A stretch of 64,000 nucleotides of DNA from contig OZ244852.1 in NCBI GenBank assembly GCA_965220965.1, positions 2,779,472 to 2,843,471 of the forward strand, written 5' to 3'. A program made the position numbers and the translations under genes. Shown here piece after piece: positions 25,790 to 37,782 of the stretch. The DNA comes from Candidatus Marinacidobacterium sp. GTDB taxonomy: Bacteria > Acidobacteriota > Vicinamibacteria > Marinacidobacterales > Marinacidobacteraceae. The notes beneath the pieces are model-generated. The model was not told the origin of the DNA and searched no databases. It was given only the letters and a program-made list of their open reading frames with translations. Numbering within the stretch: the first letter of the stretch is position 1; the number at the start of each line of letters is the position of its first letter.

Positions 25790-28109
25790 ATGCGCCGTTT
25801 CTTCGGGATGGTCTTTCGGACGGCGTTTGTCGTCCTGATGCCGGCGACGGTCCTTGCGGGGGGGCGTTGCGGCCCAGGCGCCTGGCGTTTCGGGCTCGGT
25901 GGTCGACCAGCAGAGCCTCGCGCTGCCCGGCGTCCGGATCGAGCTTCACACCGAAGACGGGGCCCGGGTCGAGGTCGCCATCACCCGCGGTGACGGCTCG
26001 TTCGCCATCGACGTCGCCCCCGGGACCTATTCGCTGACGGCGCACCTCGATGGCTTCGAGCCGGTCGAGCGCGCCGTGACCGTCACGTCGGAAGGGGTCG
26101 TCGTCGACCTGCTCATGGCGATCCGTCCGTTCGAGCAGACGCTCCCCGTGACCGCCGCGCTCCCGGAGATGGCGACGGAGCAGGTCGTCCCTTCGCGTCA
26201 GGTCGAGCAGCGGGTCGCCCAGGACCTCGCGCTCTCGCTCCGGGAGCAGGCCGGGGTGACGGCCCTGCGGCGAGGCCAGGTGAACCTCGACCCTTCGGTG
26301 CGCGGCCTCTACGCCGAACAGATCGGCGTCTTCGTGGACGGCACGCGCACCTTTGCGGCGGGACCGGCGCGGATGGACTCCGAACTGAGCCATGTCAGCC
26401 CCCACGCGCTCCAGTCGATGCGGGTCGTTCGCGGACCGTTCGCGCTGACCTGGGGCGCCGGAACGCTCAGCGCCATCCGCGTCGAGACCTTCAAGCCCGA
26501 CTTTCGCGCGGACGGGTTCCGCTTCGGCGGGCGGGCCGGCTTCAACTACGGGAGCAACGGGGCCACCAAGGACGGCTACGGCAGCTTCTGGGGCAGCAGT
26601 GAGCGGTTCCGGTTCACCCTCCAGCACAACACCCGCGCCGGCGACGACTACACCGACGGCAACGGAGAGGCGGTGCCCGGCGGCTACGAGTCGTTCGACA
26701 CCCAGTGGAGCGTCGGAGGCCACCTGACCGAAGACACCCTCCTTGAGTACAGCGGCGGCCACCAGCAGCAGAACGACCTCGAGTATCCGGGCCGGATCCT
26801 CGACGCCACCTTCTTCACCACGAATTCCCATGCGGTGGAGCTGACGCACGCTCCGGACGAGGGCCTCGTCCGCGAAGTTGTGGCGCAGGCCTACCGGAAC
26901 GCGAAAGACCACCGGATGAACAACGACGACAAGCCGACGGCGATGGACATGCCGGGGCGCAGGCCTCCCTTCGCCCTCGACGTGGACCTTCCCGCCGAGG
27001 CGACCACCACCGGCGGCCGGTTCCACGTCGCCATGGGCCGGGGCGCCCTCCGCTCCCGGATCGGCGGCGACATCTACCGGTTGGATCAGACGGCGACCCG
27101 GACGATCTCCCGGCGCAGCAACGACATGGTCCTGTTCAGCGACCGGGTCTGGCCTGACGCCCGGGTGAGCAACGCCGGCGCCTACGCGCAGCTCGTGCGT
27201 CGGTTCGCCTCGGCGACGCTCGGCGGGACCGTGCGCCTCGACCATGAGCGCGCCGATGTTGGCGAGGTCTCTCCGTACTTCCGGGACAACGCCAGCCCCG
27301 ACCTGTCACAGCGCAACACGAACCTGAGCGCCGCCGCCAGCCTGAGCTGGAACGTGCGGCCCGGCGTGGTCGTGAACCTCGGCGCCGGCCGCGCCGTGCG
27401 CAACCCGTCGGCGCTCGAGCGCTACTCCGACCGCTTCCCCGCAGTGAAGTTCCAGACCGCCGCCGAGTTCATGGGGTCTCCGGAGCTCACGCCCGAGAAG
27501 AGCCGGGAGCTCAACGCCGGCGCCGTCATCGTGTACCGCGACCTGGTGGTCGAGGCCGACGTGTTTCACCGGGTCATCGACGACTACATCACCGTGGCGC
27601 CCGATCCGACGCTGACGAAGCGGCTCCCGCTCAGCCCGCCGGTGGTCTTCCGCTACGTGCAAGGGGGGCAGGCGCGCTACATCGGGGGCGACCTGCGCGT
27701 CCAGATCTTCGTGAACTCCTGGCTGACCGCCCACAACACCGTCTCGTATGTCCAGGGAGACGACACCCGTTTCGATGAACCCCTGTTCGGCCTTCCCGGC
27801 CTCGAAAACCGGTTCGGGCTGCGGGCCGATGCGCCAGGCCGGAACGTCTGGGCCGAGTTGGTCGTTGCGTCGCAGGCGGAGCAGGACCGGGTCGCGGCCC
27901 AGCGGTTCGAGGTTTCCACCAAGGGATGGACCACGATCGATCTGAACGCCGGCTTCGCCCTCCGGGATGGGATGGAGATCCGGGCGGGCGTCCAGAACCT
28001 GACGAACGCGTTCTACGCCAACCACCTCAACTCGTTCAACCCGTTCACGAGGCTGCGCATCGCCGAGGTGGGACGCAGCGTTTACGCCGGCGTGACGGTC
28101 GGTTTCTGA
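25790..28109 (+). CDS. TonB-dependent receptor with N-terminal carboxypeptidase-regulatory-like domain; reading frame interrupted at a G7 tract (25858..25864)
   Basis: A strong RBS aaggagg sits 8 nt before the ATG at 25790. The signal peptide (MRRFFGMVFRTAFVVLMPATVLAGG) is in frame A. The rest of the protein (AAQAPGVSGSVVDQ...TBDR barrel ending ...AGVTVGF) is in frame B, as ORF 25854..28109. Deleting one G from the homopolymer joins the two frames seamlessly. Confidence 0.75.
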
Positions 28110-28245
28110 ACGGGTTGCGGCCCGCCCCGCGCCCTCGGGGAGAGCCCTCCCCCCTTGATTCGCGGGGGGGAGACTCCTACCCTTGCGCGCAGGAAGCGGC
28201 GGCGACGCGCGCTTCGCGTCGCCCGCCGCAGGAGGAGGAGCGCTG

Positions 28246-29568
28246 ATGTTCAGGCGAAACCACGGAATCGCCCTTGCCCTGCTCCTCCTCGCGGAGCCGG
28301 CGCTCGCGCAGGAATCGGGGGGTCCCCTCGCCAGCGTCGCCGGGCTGGACACGATGTTCGTCCTCTTCTCGGCGTTCCTCGTGTTCCTCATGCAGGCGGG
28401 GTTCGGGATGCTCGAGGCGGGGTTCATCCGCGCCAAGAACACCTGCAACATCCTCACGAAGAACTTCCTCGACTACTGCATGGCGTCGCTCGGGTTCTTC
28501 GTGTTCGGCTACGCCATCATGTTCTCGGATGGGAACCCCTTCTTCGGGACGAGCGGTTTCCTGCTGGTTGGCGCGGAATCGGGGGCCGATGTTCCGCTGT
28601 GGGCCTTCTGGCTCTTCCAGGCGGCGTTCTGCGGCGCGGCCGCGACGATCGTGGCCGGAGGCATGGCGGAGCGGATGCGGTTCCCCGCCTACCTCGCCTA
28701 CTCGTTCGTCATCTCGTCGTTCGTCTACCCGGTCGTCGGCCACTGGACCTGGGGGGGCGGCTGGCTCGCCCAGCTCGGTTTCTTCGACTTCGCCGGCTCC
28801 ACGGTGGTGCATCTGACGGGAGGGGCCACCGCGCTCGTGGGCGCCTGGATGCTCGGTCCCCGGCTGGGCCGCTACAACGCCGACGGCTCCCTGAACGCGA
28901 TCCCCGGACACTCGGTGCCGCTCGCCTCGCTCGGGGTCTTCATCCTCTGGTTCGGGTGGTTCGGGTTCAACCCGGGTTCGGCGCTCTCGATGGGCGACGG
29001 AGAGCTCGTCTCGCTGATCGCGATCAACACGAACCTGGCCGCCGCCGCGGCGGCGGTGACGACCACGTTCATCTCGTGGACGCTCTACCACAAGCCCGAT
29101 CTCTTCTTCACGATGAACGGGGCGCTCGCCGGACTCGTCGCGATCACCGCCCCCTGCGCGGTCGTGAGCCCGGCGGCGGCGGTCTGGATCGGCATCGCCG
29201 CCGGGTTCGTGGTGGTCGCCGGCGAGAAACTGCTGAAGATCATCCGGGTGGACGATCCCTGCGGAGCATTCCCGGTCCACGGCCTCTGCGGCATCTGGGG
29301 AACGCTCGCGGTGGGGCTGTGGGGACGCGAGGGGCTGGGGCTCGGCCAGGAGGGACTGTTCTACGGCGGTGGTTTCGAACAGGTCGGGATCCAGGCCCTC
29401 GGGGCGATGGCGTCCGGGCTGTTCGTCATGCTGTCCATGGGTCTGGTGTTCCTCACGATCAAGTCGGTCATCGGGCTCCGCGTTTCCCGTTCCGAGGAGA
29501 TTTCGGGCCTCGACGCCCACGAACACGGCATGGAGTCCTACCGGGGCTTCCAGATCCTGGGGTCGTGA
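28246..29568 (+). CDS. amtB: Ammonium transporter
   Basis: An RBS ggaggaggag precedes the start. It has a signal peptide followed by the 11-TM Amt signature (…FGYAIMF…GAVAERM-like, …HGLCGIWGTLAVGL…). Confidence 0.9.
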   Translation: MFRRNHGIALALLLLAEPALAQESGGPLASVAGLDTMFVLFSAFLVFLMQAGFGMLEAGFIRAKNTCNILTKNFLDYCMASLGFFVFGYAIMFSDGNPFFGTSGFLLVGAESGADVPLWAFWLFQAAFCGAAATIVAGGMAERMRFPAYLAYSFVISSFVYPVVGHWTWGGGWLAQLGFFDFAGSTVVHLTGGATALVGAWMLGPRLGRYNADGSLNAIPGHSVPLASLGVFILWFGWFGFNPGSALSMGDGELVSLIAINTNLAAAAAAVTTTFISWTLYHKPDLFFTMNGALAGLVAITAPCAVVSPAAAVWIGIAAGFVVVAGEKLLKIIRVDDPCGAFPVHGLCGIWGTLAVGLWGREGLGLGQEGLFYGGGFEQVGIQALGAMASGLFVMLSMGLVFLTIKSVIGLRVSRSEEISGLDAHEHGMESYRGFQILGS

Positions 29569-29596
29569 CGAAGCCGGTCCGGCGAGGGTTCACTGC

Positions 29597-29938
29597 ATGA
29601 AGCTCATCACTGCTCTCATCCAGCCCGATGTGCTCCCTCTGGTCCAGGAGGAGCTCTTCGGGGCGCAGGTCCGCAAGTTCTCGATCACCGCCGGCGTGGG
29701 CCACGGAACCCAGAAGGGCTACGAGGCCACCTTCCGCGGCGTGACGTCGCAGGTGAATATCCTCAAGCGGGTGCGGGTGGACGTCGCCGTGAACGAGGAC
29801 TACGTGGACCGCACGATCGCCGCGATCCTGCGGGGCGCCCAGACCGGGGAGGCCGGTGACGGGAAGATCTTCGTGACCGATCTCCACGACTGCATCCGGA
29901 TCCGCACCGGCGAGCGCGGCTCGCAGGCGATCGGCTGA
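29597..29938 (+). CDS. glnK: Nitrogen regulatory protein P-II
   Basis: 113 aa. MKLITALIQP…T-loop GYEATFRGV…GDGKIFVTDL is a canonical PII sequence. It lies between amtB and glnA. Confidence 0.9.
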   Translation: MKLITALIQPDVLPLVQEELFGAQVRKFSITAGVGHGTQKGYEATFRGVTSQVNILKRVRVDVAVNEDYVDRTIAAILRGAQTGEAGDGKIFVTDLHDCIRIRTGERGSQAIG

Positions 29939-29947
29939 GGGGGCGTC

Positions 29948-31363
29948 GTGTCGCTGCGCAATGTCCGCCGGCTGATCGCCGACCGCGACATCCGGTTCGT
30001 GGACTTCCGGTTCACCGACCTCCTCGGCGGCTGGCGGCACATCAGCTACGCCATCAGCGCCTTCGAGGAAGAGATGTTCGTCGACGGCATCGGGTTCGAC
30101 GGGTCCTCGGTGCGGGGCTTTCAGGGCCTCGAGAACAGCGACATGCTGCTCCGGCCCGACCCCGAGACCGCGTTCGTGGACCCGTTCTGCGCCGAGCCCA
30201 CCCTCGCCTTCATCTGCAACGTGAAGGACCCGGTGGACCTGAGCCTCTACTCGCGGGACCCCCGGAACATCGTCGAAAAGGCCACGCGCTACCTCGAGGC
30301 GTCGGCGCTCGCCGACACCTGCTATTTCGGACCCGAGGCCGAGTTCTACATCTTCGACGACGTGCGGTTCGACCAGACCGTGAACGAGGCCTTCTACCGG
30401 GTGGACGCCGCGTCGGGCGCCTGGAACAGCGGGCGTGTCGAGGAGCCGAACCTCGGCCACAAGCCCGGCCTGAAGCAGGCCTACTTCCGGATGCCGCCGA
30501 CGGATCCTTACCAGGACGTGCGGTCCACGATGGTCACGAACCTGCTCGATTGCGGCGTGGAGGCCGAACTCCACCACCTCGAGGTGGGAAGCGGCGGCCA
30601 GTGCGAGATCGGCATCAAGTACGGGCGCATGCTCCACATGGCCGATGCGCTCATGAAGTTCAAGTACATCGTGCGGAACACCGCGTTCAAGCACGGCCGG
30701 ACCGCGACCTTCATGCCGAAGCCGCTGTTCGGCGACAACGGCTCCGGGATGCACTGCCACGTCAGCCTGTGGAAGAAGGGCGAGAACCTCTTCTACGACG
30801 CGAACGGCTACGCCGGGCTGAGCGACATGGGTCGCTGGTTCATCGGCGGGATCCTCCACCACGCCGGGTCGCTGCTCGCCTTCACCTGTCCCACCGCGAA
30901 CTCCTACCGCCGGCTGGTGCCCGGGTTCGAGGCCCCGGTGAAGCTCGTCTACTCCGAGCGGAACCGCTCCGCCGCGGTGCGCATCCCGATGTACTCGGCG
31001 AGCCCGGCGGCGAAGCGCGTCGAGTTCCGCTGTCCCGATCCGAGCGCCAACCCCTATCTCGCCTTTGCGGCGATCCTGATGGCGGGCCTCGACGGGGTCC
31101 GGCGGCAGACCGAACCGCCTCCGCCAGTCAATGTCGACATCTATGAGATGCCCGAGGAGGAGCAGCGGAAGATCGGGGACACCCCCCCGACGCTGAAGGC
31201 CGCGCTCATCGCCCTCGAGGAGGACCACGACTACCTGATGGAGGGAGGGGTGTTCACCCCCGATGTCGTGGAGATGTGGGTGCGGTACAAGCGGGCCAAC
31301 GAACTCGCCTATATGGACCAGCGCCCCCACCCGGCGGAGTTCGCCCTTTACTACGACTGCTGA
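29948..31363 (+). CDS. glnA: Glutamine synthetase type I
   Basis: It starts with GTG. GSI motifs are present (…FDGSS…, MPKPLFGDNGSGMHCHVSLW, NPYLAFAAIL), and the length of 471 aa fits. Confidence 0.9.
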   Translation: MSLRNVRRLIADRDIRFVDFRFTDLLGGWRHISYAISAFEEEMFVDGIGFDGSSVRGFQGLENSDMLLRPDPETAFVDPFCAEPTLAFICNVKDPVDLSLYSRDPRNIVEKATRYLEASALADTCYFGPEAEFYIFDDVRFDQTVNEAFYRVDAASGAWNSGRVEEPNLGHKPGLKQAYFRMPPTDPYQDVRSTMVTNLLDCGVEAELHHLEVGSGGQCEIGIKYGRMLHMADALMKFKYIVRNTAFKHGRTATFMPKPLFGDNGSGMHCHVSLWKKGENLFYDANGYAGLSDMGRWFIGGILHHAGSLLAFTCPTANSYRRLVPGFEAPVKLVYSERNRSAAVRIPMYSASPAAKRVEFRCPDPSANPYLAFAAILMAGLDGVRRQTEPPPPVNVDIYEMPEEEQRKIGDTPPTLKAALIALEEDHDYLMEGGVFTPDVVEMWVRYKRANELAYMDQRPHPAEFALYYDC

Positions 31364-31375
31364 GGAGATCGCTCG

Positions 31376-32626
31376 ATGACTCCAGGAACCATCGGAATCG
31401 GCATCGCTCTGGGAGCGGTCGCCATCATGGCGATCCTCGTCTTCATCCGGACCCACGTGGTCGTCTGCGCTCCGAACGAGGCGGTGATTTTCTCCGGACG
31501 CAAGGGCCGGTTCCGCATCATGCGAGGCGGCCGCGGCTTCCGGCGTCCGCTCATCGAGACCGTCTCCCGGATCTCGCTCAACACGATCCCGATCGAGGTG
31601 AAGGTCGGCAAGGCCCTGTCGAAGGGCATGATCACCATGAGCGTCGAGGCGATGGCGACGGTCAAGATCTCCGGCGACGAGGAAGGCGGGCTCCAGAACG
31701 CCGTCGAGCGGTTCCTCGGCAAGAGCCCCCACGAGATCCAGACGGTGGCGCGCCAGACGCTCGAGGGAAGCCTGCGCGGCGTCCTCGCCACCCGGACCCC
31801 CGAGGAGGCGAACGCCCAGCGGCTCCAGCTCGCGCAGGACGCTTCCGGCTCCGCCCGCGACGACTTCGAGCGGCTGGGCCTGGTCCTGGACACGCTCCAG
31901 ATCCAGCACCTCTCCGACTCCGAGGGCTACCTCGAAGCGATCGGGCGGAAGCAGAGCGCCCTCGTCCGTCGCGACGCCAAGATGACCGAGGCGCGGGCCG
32001 AGGCCGAGGCCCGTGACGTGGCGGCCCAGGCGAAGCAGGCCGCCGTCGTGGCGGAGACCAGCGCCGAGCAGGAGATCGTGGACGCCGAGCACGGCGTGCG
32101 GATGCGCCGCGCCGAACGCGCCGCCGTCGCGAACCGGGCGGAGGAAGTGGCCGAGGTCTCGCGGGCGATCTCCCGCGCCGAGCAGGAGCGCGCGCTCGAA
32201 GAGATCCGGGTGGAGCGGAACCGCCTCCGCGAGCAGGCGGACACCGTGGTTCCGGCGGAGGCCGCCCGCGAGGCGGCGGGCCTCACCGCCGCCGGCAAGG
32301 CCGCCAAGATCCGCGAGAACGGCAAGGCGACCGCCGCCGCGCTCGCCGAGATCAAGGGCCAGTGGACCGACGAGGAGACCCGGGAGATCATGCTCATGCA
32401 GATGCTCCCCCACCTGGTCGACAAGGTGACCCAGGTGCTCCAGGGCAACCTGCACGTCGAGCGCCTCACCGTCGTGGACTCGGGAGATGGCGGCGCGCTG
32501 CCGAACCACGTGCGCGGCCTCACCGGATCCATCGCCGCGTTCTTCGAGCAGCTCAAGACGTCGACCGGCGTGGACGTCCCCGCCCTCCTCAGCGGCCAGC
32601 AGAAGAAGGACGGCGCCGACAACTGA
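31376..32626 (+). CDS. SPFH/Band-7 (flotillin-like) membrane protein
   Basis: It has an N-terminal TM helix and an SPFH domain, followed by a long Ala/Glu/Arg-rich coiled-coil with flotillin-like repeats. Confidence 0.8.
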   Translation: MTPGTIGIGIALGAVAIMAILVFIRTHVVVCAPNEAVIFSGRKGRFRIMRGGRGFRRPLIETVSRISLNTIPIEVKVGKALSKGMITMSVEAMATVKISGDEEGGLQNAVERFLGKSPHEIQTVARQTLEGSLRGVLATRTPEEANAQRLQLAQDASGSARDDFERLGLVLDTLQIQHLSDSEGYLEAIGRKQSALVRRDAKMTEARAEAEARDVAAQAKQAAVVAETSAEQEIVDAEHGVRMRRAERAAVANRAEEVAEVSRAISRAEQERALEEIRVERNRLREQADTVVPAEAAREAAGLTAAGKAAKIRENGKATAAALAEIKGQWTDEETREIMLMQMLPHLVDKVTQVLQGNLHVERLTVVDSGDGGALPNHVRGLTGSIAAFFEQLKTSTGVDVPALLSGQQKKDGADN

Positions 32627-32665
32627 CGCGCCGCCGGGCGCGACGCCGACCGTCAGGACCGCCGA

Positions 32666-33409
32666 CTAAGGCCGGTGGGCCGCCTTCTTCAGGCCTGAAC
32701 GGAGTTCTTCCTCGTCAGCGAGGAACGCCGAGGACAGCACCGCGTTCGCCGGGTCCAGCCGGTAGAGCAGCGGGATCCCGGTGGGGAGGTTCCGCTGGCG
32801 GATCGCTTCCGGCGTCAGGCCCTCGAGGTGCATGACGAGCGCCCGGAGGCTGTTCCCGTGCGCCGCGACCAGCACCGGTCCGGCGGCGAGGTCCGGCGCG
32901 ATGGACGCGGTCCAGTAGGGGACGACGCGCTCCAGCGTGTCGGCCAGCGATTCGCCCCGGGGCAGGCGTTCCGGGGGCGCGTTCGCGTAACGGGGATCGC
33001 GCTTCGGGTTCCTCGGGTCGTCCTCGGGGACGAGGGGGGGCCGGTCGTTGAAGCCGCGCCGCCAGGCGAGCGTCTGTTCCGCCCCGAACTCCCGCTCGGC
33101 CTCCGCCTTGTCGCGGCCCTGGAGCGCCCCGTAGTGGCGTTCGTTGAGCTCCCAGGCGCGTCGCGCCGGGACGCCCTCCCAACCGGCCGCGGCCGCCGCC
33201 TCGGTCAGGGTGTCCTGGGCCCGGGCGAGCATCGAGGTGTGCGCGACCCCCGGTCGGAAGCCGGCCTCCAGCAGTGCGAGGCCGGCGCGCTTCGCCTGCT
33301 GGCGCCCGGTGTCCGTCAGGGGAACGTCGGTCCAGCCGGTGAACCGGTTCTGGAGGTTCCACAGGCTCTCGCCGTGGCGCAGCAGCGCGAGCAGCCGCGG
33401 GGACGGCAT
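32666..33409 (-). CDS. gpmA: 2,3-bisphosphoglycerate-dependent phosphoglycerate mutase
   Basis: The start was trimmed to MPSPRLLALLRHGESLWN (the catalytic RHGES motif). …AAHGNSLRAL… is also present. 248 aa. Confidence 0.9.
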   Translation of the reverse strand: MPSPRLLALLRHGESLWNLQNRFTGWTDVPLTDTGRQQAKRAGLALLEAGFRPGVAHTSMLARAQDTLTEAAAAAGWEGVPARRAWELNERHYGALQGRDKAEAEREFGAEQTLAWRRGFNDRPPLVPEDDPRNPKRDPRYANAPPERLPRGESLADTLERVVPYWTASIAPDLAAGPVLVAAHGNSLRALVMHLEGLTPEAIRQRNLPTGIPLLYRLDPANAVLSSAFLADEEELRSGLKKAAHRP

Positions 33410-33432
33410 GAGCGTCGTAGCCGACCTGGCGG

Positions 33433-35094
<1,662 letters not shown>

Positions 35095-35292
35095 CTCGCG
35101 CGCCCGCTCCGGGCGCGGAGCGCGGACGCGGCGACGGAACGTCCCACCGCTCGGGGCTCGCTCCGCCGCGATGCGGGGGTGTGCTGCTGGGAGCCCCGAG
35201 GGCCCCGGAAGGACCTGCTCCGGTCCCTCCGGCGCGATTCTAGCTAGCGATCGCGCGCCCGCAAGCCGCTCTCCGGCGGTCCCGTCCCGGCC

Positions 35293-36093
35293 TCAGTCCG
35301 TTGGCCCGGAAGCCGCTTCCGCCGGCAGCCCGGAGGCCACGGCGCCGCGCACCTCGTCGATGAGCCGCCGGATGGCGACGCGGTCCCGCTCCTCCACCCC
35401 GGCGGTCTCGACCTGGTCGTGGTAGCGGACGCGCACCCGGCCCGGGTAGACGAGGCGGCTCCCCGGCGGAAGGATCTCGCGCGCTCCCCGGACGCTGATC
35501 GGGACCACCGGGACCCCGGCGCGGGCCGCGATGCGGAAGCCCCCGGAACGGAAGCGCCCCAGCCTTCCGGTGCGGCTCCGGGTGCCTTCGGGGGCGATCA
35601 CCAGCGAGTGCCCGTCCCGGATGCGCGTCGTCAGCGCATCGAGGCTCCGGCGCGCTGACCGGGCGCTGCCCCGGTCCACCGCGGTGAAGCCCACCGCCCG
35701 GAACCCCCAGCCGACGAGCGGCCAGCGGAACGCCTCCGCCTTGATCAGCGTGCCGTTCGCGCCGGGAAGCACATAGAGCACGACCGGCATGTCGACCAGC
35801 GACTCGTGGTTCGGCATGTAGATCCGCGTCGCCACCGGTTCGATCCGTCGCCGGTCCTCTTCCTCCACCCGGATCCCGCCGATGCGGAAGCACGCCCCGC
35901 AGATGGCGCGTCCGATCTCGTAGCCGAACTGGCGACGTCCGCTCGCTAGGTTCGCCAGCGGAATCAGCGCCAGCCCCACCAGGAGCATCGGGGGCAGCGC
36001 GAAGGCGATGCCCAGTGTTCCGAGGACCGCCCGCGCGTGCTGCGGCCAGCCGCGCCGCCGTCCGGGCGCCGGGGGATCCGCTGCGGATTCCAA
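35293..36093 (-). CDS. plsC: 1-acyl-sn-glycerol-3-phosphate acyltransferase
   Basis: It has acyltransferase motifs NHESLVD (HX4D) and …VIAPEGTRS…. The start is uncertain; an internal Met (MLLVGL…, ~35991) is an alternative. Confidence 0.72.
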   Translation of the reverse strand: MESAADPPAPGRRRGWPQHARAVLGTLGIAFALPPMLLVGLALIPLANLASGRRQFGYEIGRAICGACFRIGGIRVEEEDRRRIEPVATRIYMPNHESLVDMPVVLYVLPGANGTLIKAEAFRWPLVGWGFRAVGFTAVDRGSARSARRSLDALTTRIRDGHSLVIAPEGTRSRTGRLGRFRSGGFRIAARAGVPVVPISVRGAREILPPGSRLVYPGRVRVRYHDQVETAGVEERDRVAIRRLIDEVRGAVASGLPAEAASGPTD

Positions 36094-36129
36094 CGGTGGG
36101 ATGTCAGCCGGACGAACGCCCGGCGCGCG

Positions 36130-36759
36130 TCAGTAGCGCTGGATCGAGATCGTCACCGGCCGACGCTGCCGGTCGCCGCGGATCGCCCGCCGCCGCTTGA
36201 TCGGCCGCGACGGGGTGACCGAGGTGGCGGGGGAGTGGTTCGCATCGGCCGTCTCGCGCACCTCGCCGTCGATGCCGTTCCGGCTGCGGCGGAGCGCCTC
36301 CACGACCTTGCGCTCCACGTCTTCGGGGAGCTCGTCGGCGACCTCGGCGAGTTCGGTCACGGTCAACTGGTGGGCCCGGTCGAGCATGCGCTTCTCGCGG
36401 AAGGACAGCGTCTTGCGCTCGCTGAGATAGAAGAGCCCCTTCAGCACGCCCGCGACCTCGACCGGCGAACCGCTCTTCATCCGGTCGGAGTTGTCCTTGT
36501 AGCGGGCCTTCCAGTTGAGGTTCTCGTTGACCTCGCCGTGCTCGAGGACCTCGAGGACGGACTCGACCTCGGTCTCGGTCATGATGGGCCGAAGGCCGAC
36601 TTCCTCCACCTTCTCCACCGGCACCAGAACCAGGGTGGACTTCGACAGCAGGCGGAGCCGGTAGAAGCTCGGCCGGTCCTTGGCGGATTCCTCGAGCGCC
36701 TCGATCACGGCGATCCCCTGGTTGGGGTAGATCACCTTGTCACCCACCTCGAACCGCAT
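36130..36759 (-). CDS. carD: CarD/CdnL-family RNA-polymerase-binding transcription factor
   Basis: It has the CarD_CdnL_TRCF N-terminal domain (MRFEVGDKVIYPNQGIAVIE). The start was trimmed to this ATG from the GTG-extended ORF. Confidence 0.85.
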   Translation of the reverse strand: MRFEVGDKVIYPNQGIAVIEALEESAKDRPSFYRLRLLSKSTLVLVPVEKVEEVGLRPIMTETEVESVLEVLEHGEVNENLNWKARYKDNSDRMKSGSPVEVAGVLKGLFYLSERKTLSFREKRMLDRAHQLTVTELAEVADELPEDVERKVVEALRRSRNGIDGEVRETADANHSPATSVTPSRPIKRRRAIRGDRQRRPVTISIQRY

Positions 36760-36904
36760 GGGCTCCGACGCCTCCCCGTTCACTGGACCACAGACCTAAG
36801 CCGTTCGCAAAACGTCAATTCTAGCACGCCACCGGGCGCCCAAACCCGCGCCGGGCGGACCGCCGGGACCAGTGGGTACACTGCCCGGGCGGTGGCTCCG
36901 GGCT

Positions 36905-36989
36905 GCCGGAGTGGCGGAACTGGTAGACGCACGGGACTCAAAATCCCGCGATCCTTGCGATCATGAGGGTTCGAACCCCTCCTTCGGCA
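36905..36989 (+). tRNA. tRNA-Leu (anticodon CAA)
   Basis: It has the acceptor pair GCCGGAG/CTTCGGC, the D-arm GGAACTGGTAG, the anticodon loop CTCAAAA, a long variable arm and the T-arm GGGTTCGAACCCC. CCA is encoded at 36990..36992. Confidence 0.9.
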
Positions 36990-37038
36990 CCAGGCGCCGC
37001 GCCGCACCGCGTCGGAGCCGTCCTCTCCCGTCGTCGCC

Positions 37039-37377
37039 ATGATCCATCCCGAACTCCTCGAGATCCTCTGCTGCCCCGAGACGAAGCAGCCGGTGCGCCT
37101 GGCTTCGGGCGCGGTGCTGGATCGTCTCAACCGGCTGCAGCAGGACGGCGAACTCGCCAGCGAGGGCGGGGCCCCGGTGAAGGCGCCGATCCAGGCGGGT
37201 CTGGTCCGGGAGGACGGGCGTTTTCTCTACCCCGTCCAGGACGACATCCCGATCATGCTGATCGAGGAGCGGATCCCGATTCCCGAGGAATCCGGGGCCG
37301 CGTCCGGTTCAGAGGACCAGATTGAACAGGACCGCGATCCCCAGCATCATGAAGTGGATGCCGACTCCGGGACCTGA
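37039..37377 (+). CDS. Trm112-family protein (UPF0434/YcaR-like)
   Basis: …LEILCCPETKQPV…DGRFLYPVQDDIPIMLIEE is typical of Trm112p-like proteins. The C-terminal ~30 aa look unstructured and overlap the convergent gene. Confidence 0.65.
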   Translation: MIHPELLEILCCPETKQPVRLASGAVLDRLNRLQQDGELASEGGAPVKAPIQAGLVREDGRFLYPVQDDIPIMLIEERIPIPEESGAASGSEDQIEQDRDPQHHEVDADSGT

Positions 37378-37782
37378 GAGGAGCGCGCGGCGGAGGACCT
37401 GATCGTCCTCCTTCATCTCGGCGGCCGCCGCGGTCACCTCCCCGAACTCGGGGGGCGACACATTGCCCTGGAAGACGCCGTTGTAGAGGAGGTCCAGCTT
37501 CCACTCCTCGCGGGTCAACTGGGCGTCGAGCCACCACATCGCAAGCCCCACCGGAAAGGCGAGCCAGCCCAGAAGCACGGAGTCCTGAAGGGCCCCCACC
37601 CCGAGCAGCGCGCTCACTCCGAGGACCGCGCCGCGCTTGATCCACTGGGAACGTCCGGCGATGACGACCCGGGCCTCCTGGATCCGGTCGAGCGCCGTCT
37701 CGCGGAGCGTCGGTCGCCGCCCGGCGCCAGGCTCCTGGCCACCCAGCGGAGACGTCGATGGCGGCATGCGTCCGGGCTGCAT
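37309..37782 (-). CDS. Hypothetical small membrane protein
   Basis: Its ATG overlaps the DUF3467 stop (TGATG). Two or three predicted TM segments are present (…VLGVSALLGVGAL…LLGWLAFPVGLAMWW…GIHFMMLGIAVLF). The ORF-track N-terminal extension was rejected. Confidence 0.5.
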   Translation of the reverse strand: MQPGRMPPSTSPLGGQEPGAGRRPTLRETALDRIQEARVVIAGRSQWIKRGAVLGVSALLGVGALQDSVLLGWLAFPVGLAMWWLDAQLTREEWKLDLLYNGVFQGNVSPPEFGEVTAAAAEMKEDDQVLRRALLSGPGVGIHFMMLGIAVLFNLVL

